Positions 56,151-64,000 of a stretch of 64,000 nucleotides of DNA are shown piece by piece. Both the position numbers and the translations under genes were made by a program. How positions within the stretch are numbered: the first letter of the stretch is position 1; each line of letters starts with the position of its first letter. This DNA is from Klebsormidium nitens (lineage: Eukaryota > Plantae > Klebsormidiophyceae), in the NCBI GenBank assembly GCA_000708835.1, contig DF237095.1, forward strand, positions 1 to 64,000. The letters are read 5' to 3'. A model generated the notes under the pieces. It had not been told where the DNA came from. It saw nothing but the letters and a program-made list of their open reading frames with translations, and did no database searches.

Positions 56151-59100
56151 CAACCAACACCGACAGCGACGCCTAAAATACCCCCCCTGATCCCCCCCCA
56201 CGACCCACCCCCCTTCTAACGACTCCCCGCCCACGACCTCTCTCTCGATCACTCCCCGCCTATGACCCCACCCCCTTTTCACGACTCCTTCCCCCACGAC
56301 CCCCCTTCGACCATTTCCCCGCCTACGACCCCCTCGCCGAGCAGTGCCCCCCCCACCCCTCCCCCGGTCACAACTGCGCCTGCGCTCCGTAAGAAGCTTC
56401 GAAGCTTCATCAGGAGTTTTTCCTGCTGTGCATACGTCACTCGTTTTCAACGGCCTGAATCCTTTCAGTCTTAAAGAATCACCGGAGGACTGCTGCTCGT
56501 GACTTTTTACTTTCAGATACTTTGACCTCAAGGAGCATTCGACCGGGACTTCGATAATGAGAATCATCGGTCAGCACAAGGTTCACTTTTATCAACGGCA
56601 GGGTATTTCTCCTAGCTCCTCGCAACGTGGCATTTGTTCCAGTTCAGATGGGCATGACGAACCACAAGCCCCTGGGTTTCCTTTGAATCAACCTCGTGCT
56701 AAGCACAAGTGTTCTGCAAAAATTTAGAAATATCGTCCATCTTCTGCCTTCGCTAAGCCCACTCACACACTCAATCCATATGCGGGCTCGTCTTAGTCTA
56801 GTAGCTCTTATACTCTCCTGCTTGCCACCTTAGAACACCAACAAGCCAAAACGGGACGTAAATCCCCAAGTCACCCGTTTTCGGGGGAGCAGTTTGCCAG
56901 ATCCGTCTGATCCGCTGCCCGGGAGGAGCGACTAAGTAAGCACTAACCACATTTAGTCTACGGCTAACCTGTTCGTCAAAAGCTTAACCCTTGCATATGA
57001 CAGGTCCCCCTTCTCCCCCACCTTCGAACACCGCCCGGGTGAATATTGCCAACGCGTGTTCGACGCCCGTGAAAATCGTACTGGCCAGCAATCAAGCCAA
57101 CAACGACTTTTGGAAAGTTTACAACCCGGCTACTAACGCGGCGACTGCGGACGTTCCGTCTCCGTTTGACATTCCGGCCGGTGGATCGCGGGCAAACCTG
57201 CTTCTGGTCAATACTGATCCGGCGAGAGCGGTGAGAGATTCCGATATAGGCACCAAAGTAATCTTACTAGATGTCTCTCACGAGTGTGATTTGCTTAGAC
57301 AATCTTTTGAGCAATAAGTCGCCACCAAATCTCTCATGGAACCGGGTCTTTCCAACCTATATCCGACATGCAAGCTGCATGAGACAAGGAGCGCATCTCC
57401 GATTTGGTATAGTCGTCTTCCTTAGTCGACCACATGATACGAGCAGAGATAAACGCTGGAACCGCAGTCACTTGAACTCTGACACGATAGCTCCATGCTT
57501 CGGTACGGGCTTTACATGAAAAATATATGTACACCGAAGTAAGAACAAGACGTCATCTGGGTCATTTTGTTCGTCACGCAGCTCTCAGTTCGCACCGGTT
57601 CCATCGGTGCGACCGCCGCCGTCGGCCCTCTCCTCTCAACCAGTTCCACCGCCGGGCTGGATAACATTGTCATCAACGTCAGCTTCGCAAACAATACCAC
57701 CACGCCCAGCCTGAGCTTCTCCTCCTTCCCTAGCGGGCCTGGCCGGTTCGCCTTTGATCCGGCTGCCACCAGCAGCCCCGCCTCTACCGTGGCTCCAGCG
57801 GAGATCGGGGTGAGTTGTGAGTTTGCCCCAGCGCTAGGCAGGGATATGACGTAATATAGAGGGGTGTTGAGGTGTTGACAATCAGCCGTTTTTTTGGGGT
57901 CTACAAAGTTCAAGACGCAGAAGACTACGAGCGAGCGAATCTCGTGATCGTGACGGGACCCTGGCAAGCCCGAATCAGCCTTGATTGCCCGCATGATACC
58001 TAGAAGCCCACTTCCATGATGTTGCCGTTGTTCTTCAATGCAACTCGACCTATTTAATCACGTTGGTCAGGTAACCTTTGACCTAAATGTCTGATCAAAG
58101 AGGTAATCGCACCAATCCATGAACGTTACTTTTGAACGGTGGCATAACCCCAAAATCTCTGCGGTTTTCAATACGTGAAACTTGACGCCTAAGAGCTAGT
58201 GCTCGGCTTTCATTTCTGCTAATGCAGGCTCAAATAAGTGCGTCTTGTGAGCATGTGAGCTGGCAAGAGCTGTTTCCGAGTTTTTGAATACTCAACGCCG
58301 TTCGTCTTCCCAGGTGACGGTTACCTGCGCTCCACGCTGATACCGGTAGGAACGCTGCCGGTGGGTGCCGCGGCACCGGTCCCTACCATCACCCCAAGAG
58401 CAGCAACGGTCCCCGCGGTTAAGAATTGAGGACCACACTTTAAGGCCAAGTTGCACTCAAACGCAGAGGGTTGAAATCGTTATCACATAGAGAGAGCCCT
58501 CGTTTAAAAACGCCTCGATCGCAGATTTTCTAGCGTTTTAACCTACAAGGAGCCGCCACTTATATAGAAGACTTTTTCGGTCTTAGCGGACATGACAGAC
58601 AGGCTGATAGCTTGCATGGACGATGAAATATTGTTCCGTGAGCCTCCCAAGTTGCGAAACTTAAGCATGTATAGCAAAGCATTGTGGATGCAAAACCAGC
58701 GACCACGAGAAAGTAGCAACTGGGCGTCCGTGGATTCAAAAGATTTGGACCTTGTGAGCCACGTACGAAAGGGATTCCACGCAATGGTGATGATGCGTTC
58801 CGTCTTGTCGACTTTGTTTTGTGACGCGAATGCCTTAAATGTAGGCACCCAATGGCTTTGATATCTCTTGCCATAAAGAGAACTAATCTGCGTGCGCTCG
58901 CGCAAGCCTGATTTCGCGAACGCTCATAAGCTGAGTTTGCGAACGCTTAAGCGGGCTGCTTGGCACTAGCCATTTGCAATCGTTCTGTTGTCAATCTCGC
59001 AGTCTATTACACTTGATCCGCGGCCGCCTTTGACCGCAACACCGTTTGGATTCCTTGTAACCAATTGAGCTTACATGGTACGATCCAGATTAATAGCACC

Positions 59101-59764
59101 TTCTGGTTTTATGATATACACATCCGGCGTTTCGAGCGCTGCAAGGAGCACCGCGCGGACGATCGTATTCTTTCACACAGCAATCCGCCGATCGGAATGT
59201 GTCGGGAGCTAAATGAAACCCCAAACTTCGTACAGAAAACTTTCAACTCTCATCCGCCTTGGCAAGGCCGCTGGAGCTAGCCGGGCTCAGCTCGGTGATC
59301 TGATGCGCGAAGAGCAGATCCCGTCACAGTAGATCGAGACTTAATTTTCAGAACACTTTTCAGTGGGCAGGGAGTGCTCAGTCCAGCACTAACCTGAACC
59401 GGAAGAAGGGACTTTTCAAGTCGATACGATAATTTGGAATATGGGTCCATTTTCAAAGCGCGTATGATTGTAAACTTTGTCAGAGTGCTGTAAAGGACTT
59501 TTCAGTCAAAAGCGTCCTGGAAGTCCTCTGAAAACCGGTCTGACTAAATCCGCATTCAGATTTGCAATGCGTAAGAAGTGAAGAGCAAGCACACCGTAGT
59601 CGACGAAGTTGTCTCACGGTGCAGAAAAGTAAGACATAGTAAGGACAGGTACGACCATCCAATCACTCCTGACCCTCATCTCGTGAGCTATATAGAAGCA
59701 TAGAACTAATCTGGAAAGAGCTTTCACATGAGAGGTATCTCAGTCGCAGGACGTACACAGAAGA

Positions 59765-59827
59765 GACAGCCACGTGTAACCAGAAGGGACAGCCACCTGT
59801 ACGCAGAAGGAACAGCCACGTGTACTG
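59765..59827 (+). promoter_or_regulatory. Three ~23-bp direct repeats, two carrying GCCACGTG (G-box/ABRE-type)
   Basis: acagccacgtgtaaccagaagg / gacagccacctgtacgcagaagg / aacagccacgtgtac. GCCACGT is the reverse complement of ACGTGGC, the canonical ABRE. The site lies ~1.2 kb upstream of the paralog 2 ATG; function is not shown. Confidence 0.3.
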
Positions 59828-61021
59828 GTCTCCGTACATGCATCATTCACAGCATGAAGGTGTCCGCGTTGGGCAAGAGTTCCTCGGAATCGCGTGCGTT
59901 AGATTGCCCCTCCGCAAACTCTGGTCACGAGAGTGTTCGAGTTCGAGCCAATATATCACGTTTGCAAGAACAAGAAAAGAGAAGAGGATCCCGGATCAGG
60001 TCAACGGAACGGTCGACTTTGCAGCGAGGATTACTTCAAATCCTGGCCTCGACTCCTGTTGATCTCGACGCAGCGCGAACGTCCCAAGGTCACTCGTTTG
60101 CTCGACGGTAGACCTGCTTCGAGAGGGCGGGCCTCTAATCACATGTCCCTCGGCGGCTACTTCGCATGGTATTCTGCCCACGTGTCGCCAAGAATTCGAT
60201 CACGTGAACATACCGGAGTCAGCGGCCCAAACTGCGTGCATACGGGCCGGGCTATCTGGTCTTCGAGGTGTTACGGGTCACACGACGCCTCCTTAACCTT
60301 CGCCCAAATCCAAGGACTCAGGCGGGCTTTTGACGGGGCTCCGTACGATAAAGGGGCGTGTTTTCAGGATCTTCAACCCCTAGCCCGCCCGATGCCCACG
60401 AGAATGGACGAGAAGCACTGGACTCCCGACTGAAAGAAACACTCTGCCTAGCGACTCAGACCGGTTTGGAAAGCAATTTGAGGAACTAGCTCAACACCAC
60501 GACAAAGGGAGCGCTTTTTTTGCAAAAGCGGGACTGTGAATTTCTGCATTGTTGGCGTGGTTAGATTGGAGGAAGCGGGGATGGCCGCCAGACCCTCGAA
60601 CCGTACTACTTTGAAGCAGTTTTGCAATCCGAGAAAGCCCTGTACTTTGCAGCAGTCTGATCGTCGGTATATGCCAGTCCGTGACGCATCTGCATACCTG
60701 TCGTCGGGGAATCTAGTCCCATTTTTTCTGCTCTCGAGATGCGATCTGATCTGATCTGAACAATTTCTACAAAGTTTTGCAACAGTTCGTGAGTTGATCT
60801 ATACTTTGATGTAGCGAAGATGCAGCGATCTGGTCAAGCCAACTGCCCTTGTCTTTGTCTTAATAAAGCGAAGAGTCTGAGGATCACGCCTTCAAAAGAG
60901 CTTCCGATCAAAACGTTTCATCCACTCCAACGTCTGAATAGCTCTTCTCTCCCCAGGTCCTTTTCATCGGAGGGGCTCTAAGAAACAATTGCAGGGAAGG
61001 AGACAGTTTGGTGCGTGCAAG

Positions 61022-64000
61022 ATGACGTCTGATCGCAGGATACCGCTCTTTCTTGCGGGACTGCTGCTGCTGTCGTTCACTTGCGGTCGGGTGGAGGCTC
61101 AGGTGAGGGACTCCTAGAAAGGAACCAACTCTGAACGTTTCTTTTGTAAAGAGCGTGAATTGACCCGCGTGTTTTGTCCCGCAGGCTCTGATTGATGCCT
61201 TTACAACCCTTGCCTCTCTATTTAAGCAAGGAAACTGTAAAGACCGTCAATCTGATCAATGTGCGGTTGGCTTAAAAAGAAGTAGAGCTGACGGCTTGAC
61301 CACTTCCGTACTTGGGGAGCAGCATAACTTTCAAACTCAACCTGATATCGGTCACCAAGCAGAGACTGTCTGTCAGGATATCTCCGGAAAATGCTTCAAA
61401 TATGGCCTTGATGTAGTATCAACGTAAAGACCCTCTCGAAACATAACAGTTGCTTTCCTGAGCGCGACGGCGAGTCGCTGCTGTAAAATTTGCTTCGTGA
61501 GAGGGGTTTTGAACATTCTCCTGAGATCCATGCAGACACGATTATAGACATCGAGACAGGTTTCGGCTACTTTGAGCCTGTGGAACAGGGTCGTCTTGCA
61601 ATCTCCTTTCAATGTGGACCATTTGATCAAAGCACTTTTTGTATTGAGCTGGGATTGGTGTAGGCGTCCGGATCCGAAGGTATTCAGTATCCGAAGGGAC
61701 TGATGCTGTTAGGCTTCACTTGCGGTCAGGTAAGGGCAGCGCGACAAAGACCCACATTTTCGTCTTTTGTGTGACGGGCATGATTGTTGATTTATGTCTC
61801 CTCTTGCAGACTCTGATTGATGTGCACACCAGTTTTGCTTGCTCAATTCGGGACATGCTAAGCTAGAGTACTTCGGTATTTTCTGCGCAACGGGCTCTGT
61901 GGAAAGCAGAGAGACAGAGCTACCGTCTGTTGACTATATTCGCTTTTGCATCGGGATACAGCATCAAACTGTCATCAACCGGCTTGCGTCCCTACTCGTC
62001 AAGCAGAAGCTGTCTGCAAATAAGAACAAAAACAATGTCTAAAAGTACCCTCAAACTACAAGAGCACCTCGAAACGCAGACTTTTCATCCAGGCGTTTGC
62101 CGGTCGCGGCGCGCCCCCTGATTCCGGGGAGATTCAGCTGTCCTTTGGGAGCCTGCATACGGAAAGCCTTTCCACCAGCCGAAAGCTCCTACGTATACAG
62201 TGTGAGCTTCGTCAGAGCATCGAGAAGGTTTTCTGGAGCGAGTCCGACACCATTTTTGATGAATTTGGAATTGCATAACGCGAAATAAGGTTGTCGGTCG
62301 CTCTTAGATTGGAGAACTGAATGTCTTCTCACGGTTTGCGTCGATTGACTGCTCTGGTATAAGAAGGATGCCTTTAAGGAAATATTTTACCTTCTAGCCT
62401 AAAAATGTTTTTTGAATGGTCAAGCACCTCGGCAAGGATCGTATCAAAACGGGTGAGAAACGCAAAACGATTTGAATCTTGAAACGGTTCCGCTACCTTG
62501 CTCAATCTGATACAACTCAAGATAGCCCGACTCAAAGCTCAACCACGAATTTCAATCAAGTGCCGAGCAGCCGTGTTTCCCCGCACCACGAACTTGACGC
62601 TGGTTGTTTTCCCCTTTGCAGCCCCGTTACCCATAACCGGGCCCGCCCGAACCGCGCTGGTTAATATCTTCAACAACTGCTCTTCGCCAGTTGGAATCAC
62701 TTTAGCGAGCAATACGACCAACGGCGACTTCTGGCGCATCTTCCAGCCCAATGGAGGCCCCCTCGCGCCCTCGCCCGCGACGTTCAACATAGCGCCCGGC
62801 GGCGCGCAGAACAACCTGCTGCTGATCAACACTTCGCCGTTCCCTTCGGTAGGTAATCTGCTTCTACTTCAAAAACACGTTTTCCCAGGCGGAAGGTCAA
62901 TCGCTCCGGATCCGGAATCATGCATGATTCCGACGCCGGTGATTCACTTGCTCAATCCCGAGTCATGCTAATTTTGAAGGCGGTGTATCTTGTCATTCCA
63001 GATTCGTAGGTTTGACAAGAGCACGTTCGCCTTGTCCTTCCGCTTGGATTCAGCCATGCACCTCAAATCTGTTTTGTCGTTCGATCGCTTTGGATCCTTC
63101 TGACGTTGGATTCCTTATGCCTCCTATCAGAGTATATGAGGAGATCAGATGAGTTAGAGGCCTGGGTTTCGGAAGACCCCGTTATTCATATCCTTCCCCT
63201 CTGCAACCTACATATTTGGGCTCTCGAAAATCAGAGACAGGGAAAGCTTGGCCTTACACTCCGGTAGCCGTTGATCGCATGCGTAAGACGGATCTCAAAT
63301 TGTAAAAGCAAGGTTTCTGGATCAGGATCGGAGATGCGATGCGATTTATTCACCTGTATCTGACTCTTCAGCAGCTTATGAACAAGAATGAGATACCCAT
63401 TACCCGCGCTCTTCTTTCCGCGAAAGAGAAGCGCAAGACGTAGCCGGCTTCAATATCCCTGAAATCAGAATCTATCATGGATAGCAACGTAAAAGACTTC
63501 CTTATTCTGCCTTCATCGCTGATACTCTACCCATATTTCTTTAGCAGAGGAACCCGCGCGTGGGGGGCATTCTCGCAACCCCCGTTCCGCCCACGCTCGT
63601 TCCGCCCAGTCCGCCCGGCGTGGACGGACTCCTCATTAGCAGCACCACCGACCCGTTTGCGGCAAGCACCGTCACCCTCCCGGGCGCGCCCGGGTTTTTC
63701 ACATTCGCCGCGGCGCAGAGCGCCAATGCCAGTGTAACCGCGGCCCCGGTTGTCATCGCTGTGACGATCTTTTGCCCCCGCTTACTGCCCGGGACGACCC
63801 CCCCGGTCACGACTCCGCCGGTTGGGGGGGTGGTGACTCCACCTTTCAACACCCCCCCGGTCACGATTCCCCCGGTCACAACTGCCCCGGTCACAACTGC
63901 CCCGGCCACCACTGCCCCTGTAACAACCGCCCCGGTCACAATTGCCCTGGCTACGACTGCCCCGGCAACCACTGCCCCGGTCACAACTGCGCCTGCGCCC
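61022..64000 (+). CDS. Secreted Pro/Thr-rich protein, paralog 2 (runs off the window end)
   Basis: Exons 61022-61102 (signal peptide MTSDRRIPLFLAGLLLLSFTCGRVEAQ), 62093-62201 (ending STSRKLLRIQ), 62622-62848 (PLPITGPARTALVNIFNNCSSPVGITLASNTTNGDFWRIFQP...) and 63548 to beyond 64000 (RNPRVGGILATP...VTIFCPRLLPG, then TTPP/TTAP repeats). Open and phase-consistent; exons and one intron are homologous to paralog 1. Confidence 0.8.

Larger units (their letters stand above)
51251..58429 (+). pseudogene. Secreted Pro/Thr-rich (TTAPA) mucin/AGP-like protein with two copies of a Cys-bounded domain; paralog 1, frameshifted as sequenced
   Basis: Exons 51251-51316 (signal peptide), 51753-51858 (ending SRKLLQ), 53288-53356, 53651-53876, 54516-56388 (contains the gap), 57004-57230, 57582-57816 (or 57809) and 58314-58429. 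Exon 53651-53876 is 226 nt against 227 nt in paralog 2 (a C is missing after accgcg at ~53685). There is an extra C at ~55181 and further shifts near 56180-56260. The gene may be intact if these are assembly errors. Confidence 0.7.

Noticed and set aside
55134-56567. 477-aa minus-strand Gly/Val/Ala-rich ORF, and the Cys/His-rich plus-frame reading PGHNCPGH
   Set aside because: Antisense and off-frame readings of the TTAPA repeat, extended by the N gap.
58540-60440. Isolated ORFs of 90-166 aa between the two secreted-protein paralogs
   Set aside because: No motifs, no coding-like composition and no splice support.

Overview
This window is intron-rich eukaryotic nuclear DNA with GT-AG introns and GC-rich exons. 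The plant-type APEM9 and TBC genes point to a green plant or alga, most likely a streptophyte alga such as Klebsormidium (inference; no database search was run). Spliced gene models were built by hand. They are: (1) a ~2,270-aa Hook-like protein on the minus strand (N-terminal Hook/CH-like domain plus a very long coiled coil), 1920-14416; (2) a small two-TM protein, 15524-16410; (3) an APEM9/DAYU-like peroxin, 17150-20383; (4) a divergent kinesin with a C-terminal PH-like domain, 22127-37151; (5) an intronless membrane glycoprotein split by a frameshift, 39245-41336; (6) a TBC Rab-GAP with a large insertion, 43422-49315; (7-8) two tandem paralogs of a secreted Pro/Thr-rich (TTAPA) protein with an unrecognised Cys-bounded domain, 51251-58429 and 61022 to the window end. 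There is also a hAT-type MITE with an 8-bp TSD, a cluster of three foldback elements, and two assembly gaps. The most striking pattern is that introns of three unrelated genes contain tandem, decaying 120-170-bp copies of the adjacent exon edge together with its splice site. No rRNA, tRNA or CRISPR array was recognised. Family assignments come from remembered motifs and need HMM confirmation.
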